Part shown: positions 10,410 through 20,283 of the stretch, in pieces | How the letters are laid out: the number at the start of each line of letters is the position of its first letter | How positions within the stretch are numbered: position 1 is the stretch's first letter | NCBI GenBank assembly: GCA_964514965.1 | Contig: CAZETV010000001.1 | Location: 753,063 to 785,062, forward strand | Direction of reading: 5' to 3' | Length of the DNA: 32,000 nt | Source of the DNA: Candidatus Hadarchaeota archaeon | Lineage (GTDB): Archaea > Hadarchaeota > Hadarchaeia > Hadarchaeales > Hadarchaeaceae | Made by a program: the position numbers and the translations under genes | The notes under the pieces: generated by a model | Seen by the model: only the letters and a program-made list of their open reading frames with translations | Told to the model about the DNA's origin: nothing | Databases searched by the model: none

Positions 10410-12782
10410 TTAGCCCTCAAAAGTCTTTTTCCAAGCCTCTCTCAGCTTTGTCGACTCAATGTTCGCAACTCGCTTGCCTTTCAACCCATAGATGGAGAGA
10501 CAATTCTTTTCTTTCACGTAACCCACGGGGGAGCAAACATTACCTTTCATCAACTTTTCAAAATCCCGCTTGTGCTCCGCTTGAACTTCGATCAAGAATC
10601 TGCTGTTTGATTCAGAAAATAGGATAAAATCATCCCTCCCCATTGATGCAGGAACTTTTCTCAAATCCAATTCAAGTCCATAATCACTGCCGAGTGCCAT
10701 TTCGCTGGCTGCAATAGCAAGTCCACCTTCAGAGAGATCATGACAAGCTCTGACATACCCTCTATCAATCGCGTTCGTAATTGAAGTCATAATTTTTTTA
10801 GCTTGGGCCGTCTTGACTTTTGGGACTTTTTCACCAACAAAACCAAGAAGTTTGTAATACTCTGACCCACCCAACTCAGGATATGTTTCCCCAACGAGGT
10901 AAATCAAATCACCCGGCTTTTTCACGTCAATCGAAACGGTTTTCCTCACGTCCGGAATTATCCCGATCGCGGTTATCAAAAGTGTTGGTGTCACCGACCC
11001 AAGCGGGGATTCGTTGTAGAGACTATCTTTCCCCGAAATGAACGGTGTACCAAAGGCCTTGGCGAAATCGTAGCAAGCTTGGCATGCCCTAACGAGCGCT
11101 CCCAATCGATCCGGCCTTTCAGGATTACCCCACGTAAAGTTATCTAATACCGAGATCCTCCTCCCGCCAACCGCTATATTGTTCCTGATTGCCTCTTCTA
11201 AATTCGAAGCCACCATCCAGTAAGGGTCTATTTTTCCGTAGTTAGGGTTCATTCCACTTGAGATCACGACGCCTCTCCAAGAATCTCGCAAGGGCTTTAT
11301 AACTGCGGCATCATTCGGTCCGCTGTACTTGCCCTGCAGCGGCTTTAGAACTGTATTTCCTTGTACTTCGTGGTCGTAGGTTCTTACCACAGATTCCTTG
11401 GTGGCGATGTTTGGTGCTTTTAATAGCTTCAAAATGATCTTGGCTAAATTTTTCTCCTCTGCAAAACGCGGTTCAAAAAGTTTTGGCTTTTTCCACTTTG
11501 CCGTTCTCTTAATCATTGGTGGATTAAAAAGGAAGTCCAAATCCAAGTTTACGATATTGTGTCCACGATAATCAACCATGAGTTTGCTATCCCCGGTAAA
11601 TCTTCCGACTGCAGATGCCTCTACATCCTCACTAGCGAAAATATCTAAAACTTTTTGAAGGTTTTCCTTTCTAACTGTTAAAAACATTCTTTCTTGGGAC
11701 TCAGAAATCCAAATCTCCCAAGGAACCATGCCCGAATGTTTTAGCTGCACTTTTTCTAACTCAACGTGAAGACCACAATTAGACCTATCAGCCACTTCAC
11801 CAGCCGCACAGGATAACCCGCCGCCGCCCAAGTCGGTTATGCCCGATGCCAGCCCCTCGTCCCTTATTTGGGATATAGCCCGCCTCAACTTCTCTTCCTC
11901 AATTGGATTCGCGATTTGAACAGCTGGTCTCGAAACCTCCTCAGATTCTTTTGTCAGTTCAACAGACGCAAATGTAACGCCGTGAATTCCATCTCTACCA
12001 GTTTTCCCGCCAGCTAAAACAGCGACATCGCCAACTCTCGTATCTTTCACGTATTTACTAACTGGAAGGAGCCCCACGCAGCCGCAATAGACCACCGGGT
12101 TGCCAATATAGCTCTCGTCGAAGTAAATTGCTCCGTTAACCGTCGGTATTCCCATATTGTTCCCATAACTACCTATCCCGGCCACGACACCTCTGAACAA
12201 GTATCTTGGATGCTTTATTCCGGGTGGAAGTTTTTTGTAATCATAATCTAATGGACCGAAACAAAGCACATCCGTACCAGCTATTGGATTGGCCCAAACG
12301 CCGAGAATGTCTCTGATTACTCCACCCACACCAGTCGCCGCACCACCAAACGGCTCTATGGCTGATGGATGATTGTGAGTCTCGACTTTTGCGACTATTG
12401 CGTAGTCTCCTTCAAAATCAACGATACCTGCATTGTCCTCGAAAACCGAGACGCACCAAGGCAACGCGAGTTCTTTAGTAGCTTTCGCGATGTAGTCTTT
12501 AAACAATCTCACTTTGCGTTTTGCTATGGACACTTTTCCTTTGAAGGTTTTATGATAGCAGTGCTCAGACCAAGTTTGGCCGATGGTCTGGAGCTCGATG
12601 TTGGTGGGATTTCTTCCTCTTTTAGAGAAATATTCCCGGCATCGCTGCATCTCCTCAAGGTTTAAAACAAGCCCTAATTCTTGGCTGATTTCGAGAAGTT
12701 GCGCTTTATTAGCGTTCAGCAAGTCTAACTCGAACAGTTCAAATGGCAGACCTTCTCTCTTTACATAAAGATTGGAAATCAT
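10410..12782 (-). CDS. purL: Phosphoribosylformylglycinamidine synthase, large subunit
   Basis: QTWSEHCYHKTF, VAKVETHNHPSAIEPFGGAATGVGGVIRDILG, YGNNMGIPTVNGAI, DLGGGGLSCAAGE, FISGKDSL, ACHDLSEGGLAIAASEM. Confidence 0.96.
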   Translation of the reverse strand: MISNLYVKREGLPFELFELDLLNANKAQLLEISQELGLVLNLEEMQRCREYFSKRGRNPTNIELQTIGQTWSEHCYHKTFKGKVSIAKRKVRLFKDYIAKATKELALPWCVSVFEDNAGIVDFEGDYAIVAKVETHNHPSAIEPFGGAATGVGGVIRDILGVWANPIAGTDVLCFGPLDYDYKKLPPGIKHPRYLFRGVVAGIGSYGNNMGIPTVNGAIYFDESYIGNPVVYCGCVGLLPVSKYVKDTRVGDVAVLAGGKTGRDGIHGVTFASVELTKESEEVSRPAVQIANPIEEEKLRRAISQIRDEGLASGITDLGGGGLSCAAGEVADRSNCGLHVELEKVQLKHSGMVPWEIWISESQERMFLTVRKENLQKVLDIFASEDVEASAVGRFTGDSKLMVDYRGHNIVNLDLDFLFNPPMIKRTAKWKKPKLFEPRFAEEKNLAKIILKLLKAPNIATKESVVRTYDHEVQGNTVLKPLQGKYSGPNDAAVIKPLRDSWRGVVISSGMNPNYGKIDPYWMVASNLEEAIRNNIAVGGRRISVLDNFTWGNPERPDRLGALVRACQACYDFAKAFGTPFISGKDSLYNESPLGSVTPTLLITAIGIIPDVRKTVSIDVKKPGDLIYLVGETYPELGGSEYYKLLGFVGEKVPKVKTAQAKKIMTSITNAIDRGYVRACHDLSEGGLAIAASEMALGSDYGLELDLRKVPASMGRDDFILFSESNSRFLIEVQAEHKRDFEKLMKGNVCSPVGYVKEKNCLSIYGLKGKRVANIESTKLREAWKKTFEG

Positions 12783-13048
12783 TCGGTTCCCTTTATCTCA
12801 AACTTATAGTCATCTTTGATGGGGTTGGCAAGCAATTTCCTACACATCTCGTCCACTTGCTTTTTTGCTTCTTCTATCGAAGGCGCATCGAAATCGAGTT
12901 CGTATACTTTCACGACATCGACTCTTTTAACACCATATTTCAAATCTATCAAAGATTTCTTCGTCGCTTCCCCTTCTGGGTCCAAGTGACCTAGCTTAAG
13001 CCTGACCTCAACCCTGGCATGATAAGATTTAATTCTAAGTTTCTTCAT
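12779..13048 (-). CDS. purS: Phosphoribosylformylglycinamidine synthase, PurS subunit
   Basis: 89 aa; ARVEVRLKLGHLDPEGEATKKSLIDLKYG...EAKKQVDEMCRKLLANPIKDDYKFEI; located between purM and purL with an ATGA start/stop overlap with purL. Confidence 0.92.
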   Translation of the reverse strand: MKKLRIKSYHARVEVRLKLGHLDPEGEATKKSLIDLKYGVKRVDVVKVYELDFDAPSIEEAKKQVDEMCRKLLANPIKDDYKFEIKGTE

Positions 13049-13057
13049 ATGACCCCC

Positions 13058-14209
13058 CTAGCTCGTGTATTCAAACTTACCGAACTCGCTGCTGATTGTT
13101 AATCTATTCCTCCCGTCACTTTTTTCACATCTCCCAATTATTTTGGCTTCCAAAGCAAACTTTTCTGGAATGCTTAAAACTTCTTCCGCGTATTCTTCTT
13201 TTACCACAATCTCAAATCCTGTTCCCATGTTAAAATCCTCAAACATCGCCCGCCAGCTTTCCCCTGACTCTCGTTTAATCAGGCCGAATATGGGGTCGGG
13301 CTTTATGATATTGTCTTTAATGTAGTGGATATTTTTTCCAATCTTTAAACACTTCGTGTGTCCACCGCCTGTGTTGTGAACCAATCCGACTATATGCGTC
13401 CGATAAACATCTAAAATTTTTGCCACTACTGGCGCAAACAGTCGAGTAGGGGAGATTATCGCTTCCCCAACTGTCATCCCTAGCTCATCCAAATATTTAT
13501 CAAAAGCGAACCTGCCGTAATACTTTTTTTCATTCGAATCTTTAATTTCTGGGTACTTCCTTTCGCATTCTTTTTTCATCAAACAATGTCTCGTCAAAGT
13601 TATCCCATTACACATTATCCCGCTATTTCCGCGTTTCTCGTACTTTGTCTTACCACCACTTCTCAGACCAATGATAACATCACCTGGTTTGATTTTGCCC
13701 CCATTTATTACCTCTGACAATTTAACGCGGGCGCTTATCGTGCCCGAAACATCCAATGTTCGGAGCTGGTCGGGTAGGTCGGCTGTCTCACCGCCTAGGA
13801 ACGATATTTTTATCCCGTGCCTTTTCAGCACCCCAAAACATTTTTTAAATCCAGAATTAAGCGCGGCGAGAAATTCTTTCCTCGGAACTCTGAATGTATT
13901 TATCGCAACATAATCGACGAACCCAATAGCTTGAGCGCCAACGCAGATGGTATCATCTATGTTCATCGCCACGACATCTTGGGCGACACTTTCAAACCAC
14001 TTGAATTCACCTGTTTCTTTCCAGTGGAGATAGTTTTGGATAGGTTTACTTCCAGCACCATCGGTATGTAAAAGTATCCCATATCCACGTAACTGAGGGT
14101 CTTTGCCCACGACACAGAAAGCTTGCGGGAAGAGATTCTGCACGGTCGCCCTGAAGGTTTCGATACCTCTTTTTCGCACATCCACGCCGATTTCAGAGTA
14201 TTTCGACAT
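13058..14209 (-). CDS. purM: Phosphoribosylformylglycinamidine cyclo-ligase (AIR synthase), divergent long form
   Basis: LLHTDGAGSKP, FESVAQDVVAMNIDDTICVGA, FLGGETADLPDQL, PGDVIIGLRSGG, VHNTGGGHTKCLKIG; 383 aa. Confidence 0.87.
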   Translation of the reverse strand: MSKYSEIGVDVRKRGIETFRATVQNLFPQAFCVVGKDPQLRGYGILLHTDGAGSKPIQNYLHWKETGEFKWFESVAQDVVAMNIDDTICVGAQAIGFVDYVAINTFRVPRKEFLAALNSGFKKCFGVLKRHGIKISFLGGETADLPDQLRTLDVSGTISARVKLSEVINGGKIKPGDVIIGLRSGGKTKYEKRGNSGIMCNGITLTRHCLMKKECERKYPEIKDSNEKKYYGRFAFDKYLDELGMTVGEAIISPTRLFAPVVAKILDVYRTHIVGLVHNTGGGHTKCLKIGKNIHYIKDNIIKPDPIFGLIKRESGESWRAMFEDFNMGTGFEIVVKEEYAEEVLSIPEKFALEAKIIGRCEKSDGRNRLTISSEFGKFEYTS

Positions 14210-14218
14210 AATCGACCC

Positions 14219-15106
14219 CTATAGTTTAATTTCTCCGGCCCCCTTTGTTGCAATCTTTGTCGCTATCAAAGTATTGCACAGCAACATCACGCGCGTCATG
14301 GGCCCTACGCCACCCGGCACCGGAGTGATGTAGGACGCTTTTTCCATCACGCTTTCAAAATCGACATCACCATGCAACTTGCCCCCAACGTAATTCATGC
14401 CCACATCGACAACGACAACGCCCTCCTTCACCATCCCCCCTCTGACTACAAAGTTCGGACGTCTGCCTACCGCGCTGATCAAAACATCAGCTGCTAGGAT
14501 ATGTTTTTCCAGCCCCTGAGTTTTTGAGTGGCAAACGACAACTGTGGCATTTCGATCTAAGAACAATTTTGATAGCGGCTTGCCCACGAGATCGCTTCGG
14601 TTAATTATCACTGCAAGTTTACCTGCGAGTTCGATTCCATAGTGATCAAGCAACTTTACTATACCCTTAGGTGTGCATGGTAACAATTCATTATCAGAAT
14701 CATACATACCTAACCAAAGCTTCCCCACGTTGTAAGGGTGCAACCCATCCACATCTTTTTGAGGATTTATGCGAACTGTCACTTTTTTCTTATCAATTTG
14801 AGGAGGGAGGGGCAACTGCACGAATATTCCGTGAACTTTACGCTCCTTGTTTAGCTCATCGACTAGTTCAAGGATTTTCTGCTCAGCTGTTAATGCCGGA
14901 AGCTCGTAGAGCCTGAAATCAATGCCGACCTCATCACAATCCTTGCCCTTTCCTTTAACATAAATTCTTGAAGAAGGATCATCGCCGACCAATATGGTGG
15001 CTAGGGTTGGAGTTATACCCCTTTCTTTTTTAAAAACTTCCACATGCGATGCAATATCTCGCTTAAACTTTTCTGCGAGAGCCTTGCCGTCCATTATCAC
15101 TGCCAT
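14219..15106 (-). CDS. folD: Bifunctional methylene-THF dehydrogenase / methenyl-THF cyclohydrolase
   Basis: ATILVGDDPSSRIYVKGKGKDCDEVGI, VHGIFVQLPLPPQID, KDVDGLHPYNVGKL, PCTPKGIVKLLDHY, VGKPLSKL, VPGGVGPMTRVMLLCNT. Confidence 0.95.
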   Translation of the reverse strand: MAVIMDGKALAEKFKRDIASHVEVFKKERGITPTLATILVGDDPSSRIYVKGKGKDCDEVGIDFRLYELPALTAEQKILELVDELNKERKVHGIFVQLPLPPQIDKKKVTVRINPQKDVDGLHPYNVGKLWLGMYDSDNELLPCTPKGIVKLLDHYGIELAGKLAVIINRSDLVGKPLSKLFLDRNATVVVCHSKTQGLEKHILAADVLISAVGRRPNFVVRGGMVKEGVVVVDVGMNYVGGKLHGDVDFESVMEKASYITPVPGGVGPMTRVMLLCNTLIATKIATKGAGEIKL

Positions 15107-15218
15107 AAACCCACACGCAAGATTTTTGCAGTTATCTCAATATAATCTATTGCCCACAGCGTATAGCATCAAGGTGAATTTCTGAGTCTAAAATAGAAGC
15201 CATTTATAGCTATAATGT

Positions 15219-16676
15219 TCAAAATTCAGGGGTGTGCATCTTTCCGAGCCTATCCCTGTATTTCAGAAGGATTGGTTTGGCGACTTCTTTCACGAATTTT
15301 TCACATCGCTCACGAGCGTCGCCCAAATGTTCAGTCGGATCTAACAGCCTGTCAATCTCCTCTCCGCTCAATTTAGAGCTTATCGTCCGGTCTTGTTTCA
15401 ACAACTGAGGCAATGGGTTTTCCTCACCTATCATTACCCGCTCCCAAGCTTTGAATGAGAGTTCGCGAAGTTTCTCATGCATTTGCTGTCTGTGCCCACC
15501 TCGCTCGACGAGTTTCATCAAAATCGCTTCCGTCCCTGAAAATGCTCCATATTTTTCAAGGTTCCGCTTCAGGATTACGGGATAAATTCTAACATCCCGC
15601 ACCACTCGATCGTAAAGCATTAAACATTCGTCGGTGGCCAAGAAGCCTTCGGGTATAACAATTCTTCTATTCGCTGAGTCGTCCAAAGTTCGCTCGAAAA
15701 TTGTCTGCGCTGCATTTTCCCACACAACCCTCGGTAGCGTACCAACGTACCTTGCTAACGAGCACATCCGCTCGGCAGTCACAGGATTTTTCTTAAAAGG
15801 CATTGCAGAAGAGCCAACTCTGGTCTCTTTCATCGGTTCAGACATCTCTCCATATGCAGGAGATTGCATGTGCCTCAAATCAAGACCAAACTTATGCGTA
15901 CTCTGCACAATGCTGGCCAACAGCGACAAAACCATGTAATCGAGCTTTCGTGGGTAGGTTTGAGTCGAGACGGAGTACGTTTTTAACCCCAGTTTTTGCA
16001 TCACATCTTTTTCGAGATCGGCGGATTTGCCTTTGCGTCCCAACAATCTCTGAAAACTCGCAGAAGTTCCGATCGCCCCTTTTATCCCCCTTCCCTTCAT
16101 TAAGTTTTCTAGCAGATTTTCCACGTTATAAATGTCCAAGACGATATCTTGAGCATAATTCGCAAATCGATAACCTAGAGTTGTAGGTACCGCTGGCTGT
16201 AGATGTGTCCAGCCGATGCATGCCAAATCCTTGTACTTCGTTATATGTTTAGATAAAGAATCCAAACAATTGGTCAACCTTGTTAAAATTACGTCAAAAG
16301 CGGCTTTCATCCTCAGAACATCCGCGTTGTCCTCAATATCCATCGATGTCGCGCCAAGATGAATTTTACCGCCGCCGATCGGGCATTGCTCGGCATATGC
16401 TTTAATCTCCGCCATCAAATCGTGCCCGATCTCTCTCTCAATCTCGTGAGCCCTTTTCAAATCAACGTGTTCTGGACCCATTTTAGATTTTAAATCAGCC
16501 AATTCTTTCCGAGTAACAAGACCGTATTTTGATTGAGCTTCGGCAAGAGCCACCCAAATTTTCCTCCATGTCGCCCTATAATTGATTTCAGAAAAAATCT
16601 TTCTCATCTCAGGACTACCGTATCGCCATGTAAATGGGGAAAGGAAAGTCCCATAATCAAATTTTTCGGTCCTCAT
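15219..16676 (-). CDS. purB: Adenylosuccinate lyase
   Basis: IHLGATSMDIEDNADVLRMK, CIGWTHLQPAVPTTLG, YAQDI, GIKGAIGTSASF, GSSAMPFKKNPVTAERMCSLAR. Confidence 0.93.
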   Translation of the reverse strand: MRTEKFDYGTFLSPFTWRYGSPEMRKIFSEINYRATWRKIWVALAEAQSKYGLVTRKELADLKSKMGPEHVDLKRAHEIEREIGHDLMAEIKAYAEQCPIGGGKIHLGATSMDIEDNADVLRMKAAFDVILTRLTNCLDSLSKHITKYKDLACIGWTHLQPAVPTTLGYRFANYAQDIVLDIYNVENLLENLMKGRGIKGAIGTSASFQRLLGRKGKSADLEKDVMQKLGLKTYSVSTQTYPRKLDYMVLSLLASIVQSTHKFGLDLRHMQSPAYGEMSEPMKETRVGSSAMPFKKNPVTAERMCSLARYVGTLPRVVWENAAQTIFERTLDDSANRRIVIPEGFLATDECLMLYDRVVRDVRIYPVILKRNLEKYGAFSGTEAILMKLVERGGHRQQMHEKLRELSFKAWERVMIGEENPLPQLLKQDRTISSKLSGEEIDRLLDPTEHLGDARERCEKFVKEVAKPILLKYRDRLGKMHTPEF

Positions 16677-16851
16677 GCCCTCACCGAATCAACCATTCTT
16701 CGCTCTTAGCCTCTTTAACCTTAGCGGAGAATTGAAAAATCTAGAGCTATCCAGCACTGGAGTATTGGGTCAAAAACTCAATTCAAAGAGTGCACTCCAT
16801 AACTACTATTATTCTTACCATATTTTTGAAAATTGGTTCTCCACGCACCGA

Positions 16852-16866
16852 TGGTTATAAATCTCG
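16852..16866 (+). promoter_or_regulatory. Candidate archaeal TATA box for purE
   Basis: TGGTTATAAATC centred about 28 nt upstream of the purE ATG at 16887, which suggests a leaderless or near-leaderless transcript. By eye only. Confidence 0.4.
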
Positions 16867-16886
16867 CCACCAGAAAATATCAACGA

Positions 16887-17369
16887 ATGTCGCAAAAAGT
16901 CGTTATCCTGTTTGGCTCCAAGGTGGATGTCGATTTCGCCAAACCACTGAGGCGCACGTTGCAAGAGTTTGGAATAAATTTTGACCAATGGATCACTTCG
17001 GCTCACAAGACGCCAAAAAAGGTACTAGAAATATTGAGAGAATACGAAAAGTCCGAAGATGAATTGATCTACATAACGGTCGCTGGCAGATCAAATGCTC
17101 TTTCGGGTGTAGTCGATGCGAATACTAAATTTCCCGTAATAGCGTGCCCGCCATGTTCTGAAAGATTAAGTATCGATATCTACTCGTCGTTACGTATGCC
17201 AAGCGGTGTTGCCCCCCTTGTTCTTTTGGACCCCGAAGCTGCAGCTCTGGCGGCTGCGAAAATCTTGGCATTGGATAATGAGAAACTTTCAAAGAAAATT
17301 ACAAACTATCAAAGTCAAATGAAGAAAAAAATAGAAGCCAACAACAAAACGCTTAGACGCAAAAATTAA
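16887..17369 (+). CDS. purE: 5-aminoimidazole ribonucleotide carboxylase, PurE family, class II-like
   Basis: MSQKVVILFGSKVDVDFAKPLRRTLQEFGINFDQWITSAHKTPKKVLEI...VAGRSNALSGVVDANTKFPVIACPPCSERLSIDIYSSLRMPSGVAPLVLLDPEAAALAAAKIL; resembles the metazoan PAICS carboxylase domain (SAHKGP, VAGRSNGL, NTAYPVISCPP, SSLRLPSG). Confidence 0.9.
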   Translation: MSQKVVILFGSKVDVDFAKPLRRTLQEFGINFDQWITSAHKTPKKVLEILREYEKSEDELIYITVAGRSNALSGVVDANTKFPVIACPPCSERLSIDIYSSLRMPSGVAPLVLLDPEAAALAAAKILALDNEKLSKKITNYQSQMKKKIEANNKTLRRKN

Positions 17370-17429
17370 TTTGAGATGTTGACCGGCGCATCCAATCGAT
17401 TTTTAAAGGAAAAAAGCATTACTCTATTT

Positions 17430-18842
17430 TTAAGCTTTCCGAAACGGGTCTGCTATAGATTTGCCAGCCCATACATACAGGCAAAGACGCTCTTTGGGAA
17501 GCCCGATAGCCTTTATCATGTCATCCAATTTTTGATATCTTAATGAAGTAACATTCAACTCTTTGGCAATATAATTTACCATTTTCTTATACTTCTTTGA
17601 ATTTGGATCAATATATTCATCAACATTTTCAATATCTCTTCCTTCAATGACTTTTATAGCGCGGCGAGCGGCCAATTCTTCCATCCTCCTTGTTGAATAA
17701 TCGAACACGCTCGGGAACAATAGGGGTGGGCAAGCTATGCGTAAGTGAACTTTTTTTGCTCCATTATCCCACAATTTTTGTACAATATTTCTTAACTGGG
17801 TGCCTCTTACTATCGAATCATCACAGAGAATAATTCTTTTTCCTTCAATCAACTCTTTAATCGGGATTAATTTCATCCTCGCAACCAACTCTCTTGTCTC
17901 TTGAGAGGGCGGTGTATAACTCCTGTCGTACCCGGGGGTATACTTAACCAGCGGTCTCCTAAAAGGAATTTTTGACTCCAATGAATAGCCGATAGCATGA
18001 GTAGTACCTGAATCCGGAATACCAGCGACCATATCTGCCTTGACGTTATCATTCTTCGCCAGATATCTTCCACACCTCTCTCTGACAATTTCTACATTTA
18101 TTCCCTCATAGGAAGAAGCTGGAAATCCTGAATAAATCCATAAAAAGCTGTTTATTTGGCCTATGGTTGTACCTTTCTGCTTTTGACCAATCCCTGAAGG
18201 GGTGAGTAAGACTATTTCTCCAGGCAAAAGATATTTCTTAATTTTAAAACCTAGATTAAAAAAAGATGAACTCTCGGAAGTTACTGCCCAAGAGCCTCTC
18301 TTTTGCCCAACAATAAGAGGACTATAACCAAACTTATCCCTAACAGCATAGATGCCCTCTTTATTGAGCAGAAGAAGCGAACAAAAACCCCTAATCTTGC
18401 CAAACATGTGATTAATTCCTTCCACAATGGTCTTTCCCTCTGCAATGAGCTTAGCAACAAGTTCAGTAGAATTCACGCCTGCGCCGGTTATCTCACTGAA
18501 CGAGATGCCTTTTTCACGTAATTCGCTGGCCAGCTCTTCGGCATTTTGTATTAAACCGGTTGAACATATGCAGAACTGACCAAATTTTGAATCCAAACAA
18601 ACGGGTTGTATTTCTCTAGAGGTGATTACGCCGATCCCGCTATTTCCATGCATAGTCTTGTAATCATCATAAAATTTTGACTTGAACTGACTCTACCCCA
18701 ACGTGTGGATACTTCTTACAATCCTCTCCCCCAAAACTGCTAGGCCGCCATATTCCGTGCCCAAGTGGGAGAGATAGTCTGTGCCGTGAAATAGATTTTC
18801 CGAACAATCCTGCCGAGAGATTACCCCAAAAATTCCACTCAT
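17430..18842 (-). CDS. purF: PurF-like amidophosphoribosyltransferase with degenerate glutaminase site, interrupted by an in-frame TAG at 18693-18695
   Basis: Upstream segment from ATG 18842: MSGIFGVISRQDCSENLFHGTDYLSHLGTEYGGLAVLGERIVRSIHTLG, then TAG, then in the same frame SQFKSKFYDDYKTMHGNSGIGVITS... joining the 407-aa track ORF. PRTase motif RIILCDDSIVRGTQLR. Confidence 0.82.
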
Positions 18843-18883
18843 TTTGATCCACTCATTTTAATCTTCCATAAAATAGTTTAAGA

Positions 18884-20281
18884 CTATGTTTTCAGGAGTT
18901 CTTCCACATGCTTTTTGCTTCTGTTTATGTATTCTGGGAGAGCTATGTCTTCTCTGTGTCTCAAAGGACCATCTATTTTTCTAATTCCTTCCATGGAGAT
19001 TTCTCTAGCTTCATCCAATGTGTTTGATATCCCCACCACCGCAACAGCTCTGGAACTTAAAGCATGAAAACCTCCATTTCTCAGTTCCATCGCCCCTGGA
19101 TAAATTCTCAAATTATCTCCGTACTTTTCCTTTAATTTTTCAGCTTTGTTTAGATCTAGTTTTTTAGGACCCGAGTAACTTACGTATCCCCCATATTCCA
19201 GAGGAACTGCGTAAGTCACAACTGTTGCTTTATCTTCAAAATCGAGTTTTATTAAATTACCATCTAAAATTTTGAAGCAAACGTCAACAAAATCATCTTT
19301 CAAAATTGGCAGGATATTCATTACTTCCGGGTCGCCCCATCTGCTGTTTATCTCAAGGATTTTTACACCACTTTTTGTGGTTATGTAAGCCATGTATAGA
19401 TTTCCTCTAACTCCCAGGTTTTTTTTGGCCTTCTTTAACCCATCATGAATCTTCTCTCCTATCTTCAGCGATTCTCTCCAATCGCTTTCATTCATGAACG
19501 GGAGCAAATTTTCTCTATCCTTGTAAGAACCCATCCCCCCAGTGTTTGGTCCTAGATCCCAGTCAAAGGCCCTCTTGTAATCTCTGACAGCGGGAGTGGA
19601 AACCAAATGCTCTCCATCGGAAACAAACTGTAAAGAAAACTCTTCTCCCTCTAACTTTTCCTCGACTATTACTGCTCCCTTTTCAAAACTCGGCAAAAAA
19701 TAATCCTCAAACAAACTTTCTCTAGATGCGAAATGGTCTCCCCAGACGCCAACCCCTTTTCCTGTTGCTGGTGCATCGGGCTTTACAGCTACTTCGTTTC
19801 CAATTTCATTCAACCACTTGTATACCTCTTTTTTAACTTCAGTCTTTGTACCATAATCGCTGGGATCGAAGACCTTGAATCTCGGATTGGCAGAAGGAAC
19901 TATTTCCTCTATTAATCTTCTCTGTTCGACTTTGCTTCTCTCGATAAAATATTCGGCTGTTGGACATATCATTTTTATCTTTGTTTCTTTTTCGATTCTA
20001 TCTCTAATCCCGTTCATGCCCGGGGCTTCAGGACCGAACACACCGAAGTCGATTTCATTTTCATGTTTCTTAGCAAATTTGGTGATATCATCTACATTTA
20101 AATTTGGAATTACGAAATGTTCCCCTCCAGTTTCTTCCGCCTTTTTTATATTGTAAGGATTTCCCTGCTTGTCTGCTATGAAGAGTTTTACCTCATGATT
20201 ACTTCTGGAAAGGGAATCCGCCATGCAAGCGAACCTACTCCCATAACTTATACCTAAAACTCCCACCGCCAACTTTGACAC
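18884..20281 (-). CDS. purD: Phosphoribosylamine-glycine ligase (ATP-grasp), divergent
   Basis: DFGVFGPEAPGMNGI, KPDAPATGKGVGV, KGAVIVEEKLEGEEFSLQFVSDGEHLVSTPAVRDYKRAFDWDLGPNTGGMGSYKD, KILEINSRWGDPE; GTG start. Confidence 0.88.
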   Translation of the reverse strand: MSKLAVGVLGISYGSRFACMADSLSRSNHEVKLFIADKQGNPYNIKKAEETGGEHFVIPNLNVDDITKFAKKHENEIDFGVFGPEAPGMNGIRDRIEKETKIKMICPTAEYFIERSKVEQRRLIEEIVPSANPRFKVFDPSDYGTKTEVKKEVYKWLNEIGNEVAVKPDAPATGKGVGVWGDHFASRESLFEDYFLPSFEKGAVIVEEKLEGEEFSLQFVSDGEHLVSTPAVRDYKRAFDWDLGPNTGGMGSYKDRENLLPFMNESDWRESLKIGEKIHDGLKKAKKNLGVRGNLYMAYITTKSGVKILEINSRWGDPEVMNILPILKDDFVDVCFKILDGNLIKLDFEDKATVVTYAVPLEYGGYVSYSGPKKLDLNKAEKLKEKYGDNLRIYPGAMELRNGGFHALSSRAVAVVGISNTLDEAREISMEGIRKIDGPLRHREDIALPEYINRSKKHVEELLKT

Positions 20282-20283
20282 CT

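Noticed and set aside
18667-18852. 61-aa ORF MDQNEWNFWGNLSAGLFGKS... as an independent small gene
   Set aside because: It is an out-of-frame reading of the purF-like N-terminal coding region; the real frame gives MSGIFGVISRQDCSENLFHGTDYLSHLGTEYGG.
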